NCBI RefSeq assembly: GCF_003428155.1
Contig: NZ_QLIR01000008.1
Span: 1 to 32,000, forward strand
Length of the DNA: 32,000 nt
Reading direction: 5' to 3'
DNA from: Fastidiosibacter lacustris
GTDB taxonomy: Bacteria; Pseudomonadota; Gammaproteobacteria; Francisellales; Francisellaceae
The translations under genes were made by a program, and so were the position numbers. Shown one piece after another: positions 8,016-18,407 of this stretch. Numbering within the stretch: the first letter of the stretch is position 1; every line of letters begins with the position of its first letter. The notes under the pieces are model-generated. The model searched no databases. It was given only the letters and a program-made list of their open reading frames with translations, and was not told the origin of the DNA.

Positions 8016-9272
8016 ATGCGTATTTTTAAACATCTTTATATTCAAGTTATTATAGGTATCGGTATCGGAGTAATACTCGGGGCGATTGAGCCAGCCTTTG
8101 CAATTGCATTAAAGCCATTTGCAGATGTTTTTATTAAACTTATTAAAGTGCTTATCGCACCAATTATTTTTTTAACTATTGTTTCTGGTATTACTGCAAT
8201 GAAAAGCTTAAAAGCAGTTGGAAAAATTGGTGGTGCAGCATTGGTATACTTTATCATCACAACGACAGCTGCTCTTGCAATTGGTCTGATTGTTGCCAAC
8301 CTTTTTCCTATAGGATCAAACATGAACATTGATCCAAATAATCTAGACATGCATTCAGCTCAAGCATATATTGGACAAGCAAAGCAAATGGATAGTATTT
8401 CTGGTTTTCTTTTAAATATCATCCCACATACTTTTTTCAGTGCTTTTAGTGACGGAGAAATTTTACAAGTACTATTTATTGCTATTCTTTTTTCCACTGG
8501 TTTACTCATGTATGGTGAAAAAGGACAACCCATTTTAGAAGGTGTTCAACATTTATCCAAAGTATTTTTCAAAATCATCCATAGCATCATGTACTATGCC
8601 CCTTTAGCTGCCTGTGCTGCTATGGCTTACACCATTGGTAAATATGGCTTACATACATTAGTTGGTTTACTAGGTTTACTCATGTGCTTTTATCTTACCT
8701 GCCTTATTTTTCTCTTTGTAGTGCTTGGTTTGATTTTGCACTTTTATTGCAAGGTTAATATTTTTAAAGTCATTCGTTACATTAAAACTGAAATTCTAAT
8801 CGTTTTAGGAACTTCATCCTCAGAAACGGTCTTACCCAACCTAATTGAAAAGTTAACCAAGCTTGGTTGTGATAAAAGCATCGTTGGTCTTGTTATTCCA
8901 ACAGGATATTCATTTAACCTTGATGGTACAGCAATTTATTTATCACTTGCGGCAATTTTTATCGCACAAGCCTTAAATGTACATTTAAGTTTTGAGCAGC
9001 AATTATTTATGTTAGTGGTCATGTTAATTAGTTCTAAAGGTGCTGCCGGGGTGACCGGTAGTGGTTTCGTTATTCTTGCTAGCACGCTTGCCGCACTTGG
9101 AACGGTTCCTGTTGCAGGAATTGTAATCATACTTGGGATAGATCGTTTTATGTCAGAAGGTCGATCCATTACCAATATGATTGGCAACACAATTGCCACT
9201 ATTATCATTGCCAAATGGAATAAACAATTAGATCTTCAAAAACTCTATACAACATTACAATTTAAAAAATGA
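8016..9272 (+). CDS. dctA: Dicarboxylate/amino acid:cation symporter (DctA/GltP family)
   Basis: The N-terminus LYIQVIIGIGIGVILG...FIKLIKVLIAPIIFLTIVSGI parallels E. coli DctA. The SSSETVLP and DRFMSEGRSITN motifs are present. Confidence 0.8.
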   Translation: MRIFKHLYIQVIIGIGIGVILGAIEPAFAIALKPFADVFIKLIKVLIAPIIFLTIVSGITAMKSLKAVGKIGGAALVYFIITTTAALAIGLIVANLFPIGSNMNIDPNNLDMHSAQAYIGQAKQMDSISGFLLNIIPHTFFSAFSDGEILQVLFIAILFSTGLLMYGEKGQPILEGVQHLSKVFFKIIHSIMYYAPLAACAAMAYTIGKYGLHTLVGLLGLLMCFYLTCLIFLFVVLGLILHFYCKVNIFKVIRYIKTEILIVLGTSSSETVLPNLIEKLTKLGCDKSIVGLVIPTGYSFNLDGTAIYLSLAAIFIAQALNVHLSFEQQLFMLVVMLISSKGAAGVTGSGFVILASTLAALGTVPVAGIVIILGIDRFMSEGRSITNMIGNTIATIIIAKWNKQLDLQKLYTTLQFKK

Positions 9273-9441
9273 GTGTTCAAATTTTCATATCGTCACCCAT
9301 TCGTGCCTTCAAATCAAGAAAAATGCTTTGCCATATTCCTTAAAATTATGGCCTGACAAAGTATTAACCCCTACATTGAGTCAAATTTAGCAATCCTCGT
9401 AGCTTGCTGCAAAAAATATAGTCCTACTAAGATCTAAGGAT

Positions 9442-12156
9442 CTAAGCTAACGCACCATGACATTGTTTATATTTTTTACCTGAACCACATGGGCATGGAT
9501 CATTACGTTTGACTTTAGGTGTTTCGCGCACAAATGGTTGATGTGCACGATGTGCTGTCTCTTCATCGTGTCTTGATGAGCTACCACCTGCCAATACATC
9601 TTCATGTTGTGCTTCGATATTTTTAATCGAACTCTTCCATTCTTGTTCCATTTTTTGCGCTTCTTCTGGCGCTTGGATTCGAATCTTCGCTAAGTTAGAA
9701 ATAACTTCATATTTAAAGTTATCAAGCATGCTCGAAAAAAGCTCAAATGACTCTTTTTTGTATTCATTTTTAGGATCTTTTTGTGCATAACCACGCAGAT
9801 TAATACTGTTGCGTAAATGATCCATCGCATTTAAATGCTCACGCCAATGGCTATCAAGTGCCTGCATCAAACTGACTTTCTCAAAGTGACGAATTGCGGT
9901 TAAGTCTAAGTTTTGTGTTTTATTTTGTGTTTTATGCTGATATTCATCAACGATTGCTTTAACGACAATTTCCTTTAAGTGCTCATCAGTTAAATGATCA
10001 TCCTCTGCTAATATCCTACGCAAGTTAATTGAAATAGCAAAATCATTTAATAATACTGTTTCCAAACCTTCCAAATCCCACTGATCTTCTATCGATCTTG
10101 CTGGCACGTGGTCATGAAATAACTTTTCTGCTACATCATAGCGCATACTGTTAATAATGGCAGAAACATCTTCTCTACTTAGAAGCTCTTCACGCTGTTT
10201 ATAAATCACCATTCTTTGTTCATTAGCAACATTGTCATATTCAAGCAGGTTCTTACGAATGTCAAAATGGTATTGCTCAACCTTTGATTGCGCTTTAGCA
10301 ATAAAACGCGTCATCATTCCAAATTGAATCGACTCTCCCCCTGCCAATGCTTTTTTCATTCTATTAGCTAAAGATTCAGAGGCAAAAATGCGTAGTAAAT
10401 TATCATCCATAGATAAATAAAAACGACTCTCACCTGGATCACCTTGGCGACCTGACCGCCCTCTTAATTGATTATCCACCCTACGTGAATCATGTCTCTC
10501 AGAACCTAAAATACACAACCCACCTGCCTCAATGACTTGCAGGTTACGTTTTTTCCAATCTTCTTTAATCTTAGCAATTTGCTCGACCGTAGGCGCTTCT
10601 AGTGCCGCAATTTCTGCTTCCCAGTTCCCACCTAAAATAATATCAGTACCTCGACCTGCCATGTTAGTTGCAATTGTAACGTTCCCTGGATAACCTGCTT
10701 GAGCGATGATTGCCGCTTCCCTTGCATGCTGCTTGGCATTTAATACTTCATGCTTTATTTTCTTTTTACGCAGTAACGTTGATAAAATTTCAGATGTGTC
10801 AATCGATGCTGTACCAACAAGAACCGGTTGACCTTTTTCAACACGCGTTTTGATATCTTCAACAATTGCTTTAAATTTATCTTTTTGGTCACCAAAAATA
10901 CGATCATGATGATCTTCACGCTTAGGTGGACGGTTTGTTGGAATCACTACAACTTCTAAACCATAGATCTCGTGAAATTCAAAGGCCTCAGTATCTGCCG
11001 TTCCCGTCATACCAGACAGTTTATTATATAATTTGAAGAAATTTTGAAAAGTAATGGAAGCTAAGGTTTGGTTTTCACCTTGTACCTTGACAGCTTCTTT
11101 GGCTTCAATTGCTTGGTGTAAACCATCTGACCAGCGACGACCTTCCATGGCTCGTCCAGTATTCTCATCAATAATAATCACTTCCTGATCACGAATAATA
11201 TAATCAACATTCTTCTGATACAAGTTATGCGCACGTAAACACGCATTTAAATAGTGCATTTTGGTGACATGCTGAGGTGAATATAAGTTATCACTCTCAT
11301 TTAAAATGCCTTCACGCATCAATGCTTCTTCAATTTTTGTATGACCTTGATCTGTCAAATAAGCTTGTTTAGATTTTTCATCTAGATAAAAATCCCCATC
11401 ATTTGCTTCCGAGTTTGTTTGCTTGGTCAAAGTTGGTACTAAGCGATTAAATAATAAATACATATCTGAGCTATCTTCTGATGCTCCAGAAATAATCAAA
11501 GGCGTTCTGGCTTCATCAATTAAGATCGAATCGACTTCATCAATAATGACAAAATTGCGACTTCTTTGTACTTGATCTTGTTTGCTAAAAGCCATGTTGT
11601 CACGCAAATAATCAAAGCCAAACTCGTTGTTAGTACCATAGGTGATATCACAAGCATAAGCTGCTCTGCGTTGATCTGGTGATAAATTAGCAATGATGAT
11701 ACCTGTCGTTAAACCTAAAAAACTGTATATTTGCCCCATAAGCTCAGCATCGCGCGAAGCTAAGTAATCATTAACAGTGATCACATGCACGCCATTACCT
11801 GTTAATGCGTTTAAATAAGCTGGCAACGTCGCAACAAGCGTCTTACCTTCACCAGTACGCATTTCGGCGATCTTACCAGAGTGTAACACCATCCCACCAA
11901 TAAGTTGTACGTCATAATGGCGCATACCTTTAACGCGTTTTGCTGCTTCTCTAACAACCGCAAATGCCTCTGGTAACAGCTGTTCTAAAGTATTGCCGTT
12001 TTTTAAACGCTCTTTAAATTCATTCGTTTTTGCTTGTAATTCAGCATCGGTAAACTTTTCAATTTCAGATTCTAAGGCATTGATTTTATCAACCGTTTTT
12101 CGCATTTTTTTAATTAAACGGTCATTACGGCTACCAAATAGTTTTTTTATAATCAT
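9442..12156 (-). CDS. secA: Preprotein translocase ATPase SecA
   Basis: 904 aa. Walker [29 protein letters not shown], and the C-terminal zinc-binding [14 protein letters not shown]. Confidence 0.98.
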   Translation of the reverse strand: MIIKKLFGSRNDRLIKKMRKTVDKINALESEIEKFTDAELQAKTNEFKERLKNGNTLEQLLPEAFAVVREAAKRVKGMRHYDVQLIGGMVLHSGKIAEMRTGEGKTLVATLPAYLNALTGNGVHVITVNDYLASRDAELMGQIYSFLGLTTGIIIANLSPDQRRAAYACDITYGTNNEFGFDYLRDNMAFSKQDQVQRSRNFVIIDEVDSILIDEARTPLIISGASEDSSDMYLLFNRLVPTLTKQTNSEANDGDFYLDEKSKQAYLTDQGHTKIEEALMREGILNESDNLYSPQHVTKMHYLNACLRAHNLYQKNVDYIIRDQEVIIIDENTGRAMEGRRWSDGLHQAIEAKEAVKVQGENQTLASITFQNFFKLYNKLSGMTGTADTEAFEFHEIYGLEVVVIPTNRPPKREDHHDRIFGDQKDKFKAIVEDIKTRVEKGQPVLVGTASIDTSEILSTLLRKKKIKHEVLNAKQHAREAAIIAQAGYPGNVTIATNMAGRGTDIILGGNWEAEIAALEAPTVEQIAKIKEDWKKRNLQVIEAGGLCILGSERHDSRRVDNQLRGRSGRQGDPGESRFYLSMDDNLLRIFASESLANRMKKALAGGESIQFGMMTRFIAKAQSKVEQYHFDIRKNLLEYDNVANEQRMVIYKQREELLSREDVSAIINSMRYDVAEKLFHDHVPARSIEDQWDLEGLETVLLNDFAISINLRRILAEDDHLTDEHLKEIVVKAIVDEYQHKTQNKTQNLDLTAIRHFEKVSLMQALDSHWREHLNAMDHLRNSINLRGYAQKDPKNEYKKESFELFSSMLDNFKYEVISNLAKIRIQAPEEAQKMEQEWKSSIKNIEAQHEDVLAGGSSSRHDEETAHRAHQPFVRETPKVKRNDPCPCGSGKKYKQCHGALA

Positions 12157-12244
12157 CTATCTTCCAAACGATGGGTTGGTTTCCACTTAACTGGTTTTGG
12201 ATTATACTGCAACTTATTCCATAACAAAAGCTAAGTGCGTCAAA

Positions 12245-12700
12245 ATGATCCGTAAGACAAACTACTCAGTTGATGAGCTTTTTACTGTCAAAAAGTCAAC
12301 TCTTCTGCACTCAATAAAAAAACAGCACGATATCGCTCAAACGACTCAACAAACGTTGCTCAATTTTAATATTCCCTATTTCAACCACACCAAAGTGTGC
12401 TTTTACAATGGTACTAAACTTGTGTTAAAAACGGATATTCCAGAATTGCTTTCTAAATTTCGAGAACTTAAAAAAGAGCTCATTACATTGTTAAAGACAA
12501 GTGACTACTTTAATCGCCTTGAAAAACTGGAGCTCATTCTTGAATTCAATTTCTTAGGTAACCAAAAAGATCATCATGCCAAGCCTGCACCACAAAGTGC
12601 ACAAACGGCTTTTAAACACTTAGCAGACCAAATAAATAATGATCAAATCAAGCACTCCATTCACACCTTTCTTAAAAAACACTATGATCAAAACAACTAA
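12245..12700 (+). CDS. DUF721/DciA-like protein (putative)
   Basis: Divergent from secA. The central pattern HTKVCFYNGTKLVLKTDIPELLSKFRELKKELITLLK resembles the DUF721 core (G-L-L strand followed by an LR-rich helix). I chose ATG 12245 over the TTG at 12197. Confidence 0.45.
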   Translation: MIRKTNYSVDELFTVKKSTLLHSIKKQHDIAQTTQQTLLNFNIPYFNHTKVCFYNGTKLVLKTDIPELLSKFRELKKELITLLKTSDYFNRLEKLELILEFNFLGNQKDHHAKPAPQSAQTAFKHLADQINNDQIKHSIHTFLKKHYDQNN

Positions 12701-13394
12701 ACAGTTTTCCTATCTTTTTTTTGACCTTGATGGCACGTTGATCAATAGCGTTAAAGACATCACCTATGCTTTAAACAAAATGCGCGCTCATTTCAACTTA
12801 ACGGCCATTACTGATACAACAACGGCAAGTATCATTGGCAAAGGTTTTCCCACGACAACCCAAAAAGTGCTTGCACTTGATCTGCCCGAAGATAAAGTTA
12901 AACGTTATGCTAAAGAAGCGCTTGATTTAACACTAAAATACTATGAACTTACAATGGGAGAACACACTTATATCTACCCTGGCGTTATTGAAACCTTAGA
13001 TATATTTAAATCACAAAATATCCCTATGGCAGTTGTTACCAACAAAGAACAAGCACACGCTATCAAAATTTTGTCGTATTTAAATTTAATGCCCTATTTT
13101 GATTGCATCGCTGGAGGAGACACGACAGCGTTTTACAAACCTCATCCTGCACCTTTAGCCTATGCGTGCAACAAACTTCACGCTACAATTGAACAGAGTC
13201 TTATGATTGGTGATTCGTTAAATGATTATTTATGTGCCAAAGTGCTTGGTATGAGCTGTATTTTAATCAGTCATGGCTATGCCAATGGTGTAAATTTACA
13301 TAAGTTAGGTGCTTTAAACGTCATCGAACAATTCGTAGAATTAAAGCAATATGCCAAACAATGCTCGAACTCCTTAAACTACAATTCAAAATAG
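12684..13394 (+). CDS. gph: HAD-superfamily phosphoglycolate phosphatase-like hydrolase
   Basis: Motif I FFDLDGTLINS, motif II VVTNK, motif III/IV YKPHPAPL...GDSLND. Start chosen at ATG 12684, which overlaps the upstream ORF by 17 nt. Confidence 0.7.
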   Translation: MIKTTKQFSYLFFDLDGTLINSVKDITYALNKMRAHFNLTAITDTTTASIIGKGFPTTTQKVLALDLPEDKVKRYAKEALDLTLKYYELTMGEHTYIYPGVIETLDIFKSQNIPMAVVTNKEQAHAIKILSYLNLMPYFDCIAGGDTTAFYKPHPAPLAYACNKLHATIEQSLMIGDSLNDYLCAKVLGMSCILISHGYANGVNLHKLGALNVIEQFVELKQYAKQCSNSLNYNSK

Positions 13395-13414
13395 TGTGAT
13401 ATGCCATCCTTCAC

Positions 13415-13900
13415 TTACCTAAAATAGTGAGATGATTCTTTTGGCTGTAAAGTAGCTTGTAAAACAAGTGCATCTTCTTGTTTGTCACCAACTTGGTAAT
13501 AGTTTTTACGTACCGAGATTTGCTCAAAACCATATTTTTTATAAATACTAATTGCAGGAATATTACTGACCCCCACCTCTAAAAATAATTTTTCAATCTT
13601 CTTATACGCCAAATGATTCATTAAATATGCCAACAATTTTTGTCCAAAACCTTGGTGTTGATAGATTTTGGCTACTGAGAAATTTAAAATCTCAGCTTCA
13701 TCAAAAATAGCCGAGACAACCACAAAGGCAATTAAGCGATCATTAGGGTCCAACAATCCCCAGGTTTCAGTATGTGCGGATAAGATACTGTCTTTCATTA
13801 GTGAAGCCGACCATGGATGATCAAATACTTCACGCTCAATATCCATCATCTGAGGCAGGTAATTTTCACTTAGTGGTAAAATCTGATACTGCGTAGACAT
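13415..13900 (-). CDS. rimI: Ribosomal-protein-alanine N-acetyltransferase
   Basis: GNAT fold with QHQGFGQKLL. It sits immediately downstream of, and overlaps, a holD-like gene, as in E. coli. Confidence 0.85.
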   Translation of the reverse strand: MSTQYQILPLSENYLPQMMDIEREVFDHPWSASLMKDSILSAHTETWGLLDPNDRLIAFVVVSAIFDEAEILNFSVAKIYQHQGFGQKLLAYLMNHLAYKKIEKLFLEVGVSNIPAISIYKKYGFEQISVRKNYYQVGDKQEDALVLQATLQPKESSHYFR

Positions 13901-14297
13901 GGATCATAGCCTGTTTTTTTATATTAGCGCTTGTGAGTTTATCGATTGGGATTTTAAAACTTCTGTAATCATATGTTCCACCCAACTCCTCTATCATCAA
14001 ACGTTCATCATAAATAATAATTCCATTAGATGCCATTATTTTTTTTATATCAAGCGTTGAATATTCGTGGTACTGAATCTTTTTGTGCTTAAACATAGCA
14101 CTTAGAAAACATGCCAGTACTTTTTTATGCTGAAGTGTTGATAGAATAACATCTACTAAATGTGTATCTATAACGATCGAATCAAAATTCTTATTATTAT
14201 CTATACACTCAATAATTGTTTGTTGCTTATGCTTATAACACCATAAATCGATATCTAAATACTGTAAAATTACTTTTTGCCTACTATCAATCATCAT
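13866..14297 (-). CDS. holD: DNA polymerase III psi subunit (putative)
   Basis: The N-terminus SRQKVILQYLDIDLW parallels E. coli HolD RRDWQLQQLGITQW. The conserved holD-rimI synteny supports it. The rest of the protein is divergent. Confidence 0.6.
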   Translation of the reverse strand: MMIDSRQKVILQYLDIDLWCYKHKQQTIIECIDNNKNFDSIVIDTHLVDVILSTLQHKKVLACFLSAMFKHKKIQYHEYSTLDIKKIMASNGIIIYDERLMIEELGGTYDYRSFKIPIDKLTSANIKKQAMIHVYAVSDFTTK

Positions 14298-14305
14298 GAA
14301 CTATT

Positions 14306-14626
14306 TTAAATCCCAATACTTGATAACAAGTTACAGATCGAACGTATGGTATCTGTAAGTCGTGGGTGAGTAATTTCGTATTCCATAACTACTTGTTCAA
14401 GATCACTAAAATCAGCCTCTTTTGGATCTTGCAACTTACTCATTTCAATTTTCTGTTTTGTTAGCTTTGCAATTTCAATCGCTTGTGCTTGTTGATCTTT
14501 TGGAAAAGTTGCAAGTTCGCTTTGTAATTGGTCCAAAAGCTCAGATAGCGCTTCTGTATCGACAAAATTTAACTTACCTGTATTTTGTAACAGTTGTTTG
14601 ATCTGAGCGATAGTATCTTTAAGCAT
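14306..14626 (-). CDS. DUF4404-family protein
   Basis: 106 aa helical protein ending HPRLTDTIRSICNLLSSIGI, which is characteristic of DUF4404. Confidence 0.6.
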   Translation of the reverse strand: MLKDTIAQIKQLLQNTGKLNFVDTEALSELLDQLQSELATFPKDQQAQAIEIAKLTKQKIEMSKLQDPKEADFSDLEQVVMEYEITHPRLTDTIRSICNLLSSIGI

Positions 14627-14674
14627 AGTTATTCTCCTTGAATATCTTGAGACACTTATTCTAGGAACAAACCC

Positions 14675-15910
14675 TTACTTTGACAATTGGATTGGTTGTA
14701 ATAAATTGATTTTGTTTGGACAAAACAAAATGCTGTCATAATTATGAATACTATAATGTTCAACTAATTGTTCACAAACAGCAATTGCACGCACTGAGTT
14801 GCCATGATTATCTAAACGTGGTGAATATATTGCAATTCCCATCACATCTGGTACCACAACATAAATCCCACCTGAAACACCACTTTTAGCAGGAAGTCCA
14901 ATAGAAAATGCCCACTCACCTGAATAATCATACATTCCACAAGAATACATAAGCGATAAGCAATGCTTAATCGTTTCTGGTCTAAAGACTTCTTTTTGCG
15001 TTAAAGGGTTGGTGCCAGCATTGGCAAAACTTGCCGCAATGATAGCTAACAGTTCGCTATTAAGCTCAATTGAGCAAGCTTGAAAGTATAGGTTAAGCGT
15101 TTGATGTAAGTCCGTATTTTTAGGAAAGGCATGATGTTCGCGCATGAAATAACCTAAGGCATAGTTACGATCCGCTGTGTCTTTTTCCGAATTATAAACC
15201 GCATTGTTAAAAGTAATCTTGTTGCTGTCACTTAATACATAAAGTGCCTGCATAATATGATTAAAACGCCCAGCAGGTGACAACTTACGCTTAATCATAG
15301 CACATGACATAATCGCTCCAGCATTAATCATCGGATTATGAGGCAATCCTTTATCATTCAAAGTCAATTCATTGAAATTTTTACCACTGGGTTCTCTACC
15401 AACATGCTTATGCACAGATTGAAGCCCATTTTCTTCTAAATTGAGTGCATACAATACCGGTTTAACCATCGATTGCATACAAAAGCGGGTCTTATAGTCT
15501 CCTATGCTAAATTGCTGACCATCTACTGTACACACTGAAATAGAAAACTGTTCAGGATTAACTTTTTTAAGTTCTGGAATATAACTTGCTACTTTGCCTT
15601 TTTTGTTGGTTATAATCGTATTATAAATTTCTTGTAGTCTTTCACAAAAAGTTGAAAAATCAGGTATAACAAGCATTTTTGAGAATAACTTAGTATAAAA
15701 ATCTCTATCTTCATATTGCATGAGTTCTTCAAATTGAAGTGATGTTAATTGCGACTCATGTAAGTTTTCAAGCTTTGTTATTAAGGTTTTTGTCTTGTTA
15801 TTTTCACGACTAAAGCCTTGCGACTTCAGATAATCAATAATTGCTTTGCCAGTAGCAACGTTATTACAAGAGTTTAAAACTAATTGGTAAAGGTCACAGC
15901 ATATAGTCAT
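14675..15910 (-). CDS. glsA: Glutaminase, long GLS-like (eukaryote-type) form
   Basis: GKVASYIPELKK...SVCTVDGQQFSIGD...CMQSMVKPVLYA...REPSGKNFNE...HNPMINAGAI...GMYDYSGEWAF..GLPAKSGVSGG...SIHNYD. A ~100 aa N-terminal extension ends in VIPDFSTF. Confidence 0.9.
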   Translation of the reverse strand: MTICCDLYQLVLNSCNNVATGKAIIDYLKSQGFSRENNKTKTLITKLENLHESQLTSLQFEELMQYEDRDFYTKLFSKMLVIPDFSTFCERLQEIYNTIITNKKGKVASYIPELKKVNPEQFSISVCTVDGQQFSIGDYKTRFCMQSMVKPVLYALNLEENGLQSVHKHVGREPSGKNFNELTLNDKGLPHNPMINAGAIMSCAMIKRKLSPAGRFNHIMQALYVLSDSNKITFNNAVYNSEKDTADRNYALGYFMREHHAFPKNTDLHQTLNLYFQACSIELNSELLAIIAASFANAGTNPLTQKEVFRPETIKHCLSLMYSCGMYDYSGEWAFSIGLPAKSGVSGGIYVVVPDVMGIAIYSPRLDNHGNSVRAIAVCEQLVEHYSIHNYDSILFCPNKINLLQPIQLSK

Positions 15911-16252
15911 ATGGCTTACATTTACTACGTAGAAATGTACTTTATTGTAGAGTAAAGGATTGCGGCTTGAAAGCCAAAGTCATTATTTTCTGCGTTTACT
16001 AAAAAAGAGCCAAGCAAATTTGTAACGATATGCTGACGAGGCAGACAGCTTGAACAAAATTTATATTGTTGAAGAATAACTGATTTGATTTTGTACACCC
16101 ATATACAGAATCTATTATGAGGCCTTAACCGCTATGACAAGATAGATACCATAATTAGATACAATTAGTTATAGAATGTTAATACAAAATATACTGCATT
16201 CTGCGTTATATTCCACGCTAGGTAATGGAGTAGAGCTGGGTATGAATATAAA

Positions 16253-17374
16253 ATGAGATATAGATATCTATTTGCCACATTAGCCCTATCAATCTTGATA
16301 TGTGTAAATAGTGTGCAAAACTCACCCTTGTCTGATTATACAGATCACCCAGTACTATCAAATGCACTTCGATTAAAGGAAATTGCAGATACCGAAAACC
16401 TGCATGATTTTAATTTCCTTAAGGATCTTTCAAAAGATTATGATTGCCATAATTACACTGTAGTACTAAAAACCATTGAAAAAATTAAAGCGGATAACTA
16501 CTGGTTAAAACAAGTGTATCAACATGTTGATTTCCCTTATGAAAATATATCGTTGAAAGATATTAGAAAATATATTGGTTATGATAATTACAAAGGTATT
16601 TTTGATGATGCAATTGATCTTTTGAACTCTACTTGCACCAACGACAGCGTTTACAGCACCAACTTGCTGAAAACGTCACCTAAAGTTTTTCTGGTAAGCA
16701 AAGTCACCATGATTTATATGGTCTTTGAATTGTCTGAAAATATCTCAGATATCTTTCAATCCTTAAACTTGTCCTACCCTATTACGATTAAATCTAATGC
16801 TTTAAAAAAATTATTACATCCAGTTGCACTTTACGATCACAAAAAACACCAATTTAACCTTCTTAATAGTGGCTATGTCTGGGGAGGTAATTTCAAGGAT
16901 GAAAATAATTTCAAAGGAACAGATTGTTCTGGTTTTGTTCAATATAGTACACAAAGCCAAGTTAATCGCATGATAACAAAAATGCTCGAACTATCATGGA
17001 AAAAACAAGTTTACGGTCTAAACGTTGATGAAAAAATACAATACACTCAACTACAAAGCTGGTCAAATGTAGATATTTTAGATCAGGAGCTTGAAGCGAA
17101 AAATATCACTGAAAACACATTTGCCTCCGAGATTAAGTTAGGTGATTTGATTGCCATTCCTGGGCATGTCATGATTGCTATGGATTATCCTGTTAGTGCC
17201 AACAATACACTGTCAATTATTCATTGTACGCGCAAAGAAGACGACAGCCAAAATGGTATTAACATTGCTGAGTGGAGCTGGTCACACGGCAATGATAACG
17301 TGTGGATATTGCGTCCACGCATCAATACAAATGCTAGTATAATTAACTCTAACTCCACCAAGACAGAATTATGA
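16253..17374 (+). CDS. Secreted NlpC/P60 (C40) family peptidase with an unknown N-terminal domain
   Basis: Signal-like N-terminus MRYRYLFATLALSILICVNSV. Catalytic motifs GYVWGG...GTDCSGFV and GDLIAIPGHVMIAM...SIIHCT. Confidence 0.7.
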   Translation: MRYRYLFATLALSILICVNSVQNSPLSDYTDHPVLSNALRLKEIADTENLHDFNFLKDLSKDYDCHNYTVVLKTIEKIKADNYWLKQVYQHVDFPYENISLKDIRKYIGYDNYKGIFDDAIDLLNSTCTNDSVYSTNLLKTSPKVFLVSKVTMIYMVFELSENISDIFQSLNLSYPITIKSNALKKLLHPVALYDHKKHQFNLLNSGYVWGGNFKDENNFKGTDCSGFVQYSTQSQVNRMITKMLELSWKKQVYGLNVDEKIQYTQLQSWSNVDILDQELEAKNITENTFASEIKLGDLIAIPGHVMIAMDYPVSANNTLSIIHCTRKEDDSQNGINIAEWSWSHGNDNVWILRPRINTNASIINSNSTKTEL

Positions 17375-17570
17375 TAGGAGAGTTAAACCATAGATTAATG
17401 AGGTTAATAAGAGAAACAATGAATTGATTGTATTATAAACATTTAAACTGAGTTGACGTTAAGTAAAAATTTTTTAAAAAAACAAACTTTAGAATCGTGT
17501 AGTTAAGTATCATTTTATATTTATATTTTATATAATTGCACCCTCTTTTATCACCTGAGTATAGGGCAAA

Positions 17571-18347
17571 ATGTTAATCATCTGCGCAATTATTATGGGC
17601 TTTTTGGCAAGCTGTTTATCTAGTATTTTTGGTGGTGGGTTTGGATTATTATCCGTCCCTGCTATTTTTTGGATGATAAATCATTTTTCCCCAGAGACAC
17701 CACATGTCATGCAAATGACAATTGCAACTGGCACGTTATGTGCTATCCCATTGGGTGTAATTGCAACTTACAAGCAAATTAGATATAAAAATTTTGATTT
17801 AAAACTATACAAAAGCATTATCATCGTTATGACGATTGGTGCACTTATTGGTGCTTATCTTGCAACTATTATTGATAGTCACTCTCTAAAATACATTTTT
17901 GGTATCATCGTGTTACTTACCGCAATTTGGCTATTAATATTCAAAGCATCTAAACCCAGAAAAAAAACTATTTCCAAACCGTTATTTAAAAGCTTATCGA
18001 GTATAGTAGGTGGAATTTCAACGCTCACAGGAGTATCAGTTTTCAGTGTTCCTTTTTTTATTCTCTGCGGCATTGAAATCAAAAAAGCAATTGGCACATC
18101 AACTGCAATTGTTTTTACCTATACTACTATTGCAGGAATGTGGATGATATGCTTAGGAATACCTGTTATGGGTATCAATTGGCATAACCTTGGTTACGCC
18201 AACTTACCGATTTTTTTCTCGGCATTCATTCCTTGTATCTTAGGTGGCTTAGTAGGTGCTAAATTGGTACATGTTTTACCAAGTCATTTTTTGAAAAGGA
18301 TTTTTATTGTAATGATGTTTATTGTCTCTATTTTAATGCTGTTATAA
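17571..18347 (+). CDS. TauE/SafE (DUF81) family anion exporter
   Basis: 258 aa polytopic membrane protein with GGGFGLLSVPAIF and an internal repeat topology. Confidence 0.8.
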   Translation: MLIICAIIMGFLASCLSSIFGGGFGLLSVPAIFWMINHFSPETPHVMQMTIATGTLCAIPLGVIATYKQIRYKNFDLKLYKSIIIVMTIGALIGAYLATIIDSHSLKYIFGIIVLLTAIWLLIFKASKPRKKTISKPLFKSLSSIVGGISTLTGVSVFSVPFFILCGIEIKKAIGTSTAIVFTYTTIAGMWMICLGIPVMGINWHNLGYANLPIFFSAFIPCILGGLVGAKLVHVLPSHFLKRIFIVMMFIVSILMLL

Positions 18348-18356
18348 AACATATCC

Positions 18357-18376
18357 ATCACAAACCATTTTGTGAT
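18357..18376. terminator. Possible weak bidirectional hairpin between convergent tauE-like and prx-grx genes
   Basis: ATCACAAA-ccat-TTTGTGAT, an 8 bp AT-rich stem with no clear U-tract on either strand. Confidence 0.3.
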
Positions 18377-18407
18377 CGGCATAAACTAATCTCAATGGGC
18401 TATGATT

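Noticed and set aside
8042-9214. Antisense ORFs 8042..8350 and 8936..9214 inside dctA
   Set aside because: These are typical mirror ORFs of a hydrophobic membrane-protein gene. They have no SD and no recognisable family.
9429-9446. Tandem GATCTAAG-GATCTAAG immediately downstream of the secA stop (the second copy overlaps the stop codon), and a weak AGCAA...TTGCT hairpin in the dctA/secA convergent spacer
   Set aside because: There are two copies of an 8-mer only, the hairpin has a 5 bp stem with a 10 nt loop, and the U-tract is misplaced. This is not convincing as a terminator or repeat element.
15911-16252. 342 nt divergent spacer between the glutaminase and NlpC/P60 genes, scanned for an sRNA or riboswitch
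   Set aside because: I found only short hairpins (ACATTT-N9-AAATGT at about 15919-15939; GGCT-tgaa-AGCC) and a repeated TTCTGCGTT 9-mer. There is no terminator-like structure or recognisable RNA motif.
18083-18100. Sigma-54-like TGGCAC-N5-CTGCA inside the TauE-like gene
   Set aside because: It is located mid-CDS with no downstream gene to serve, so it is most likely a chance match.
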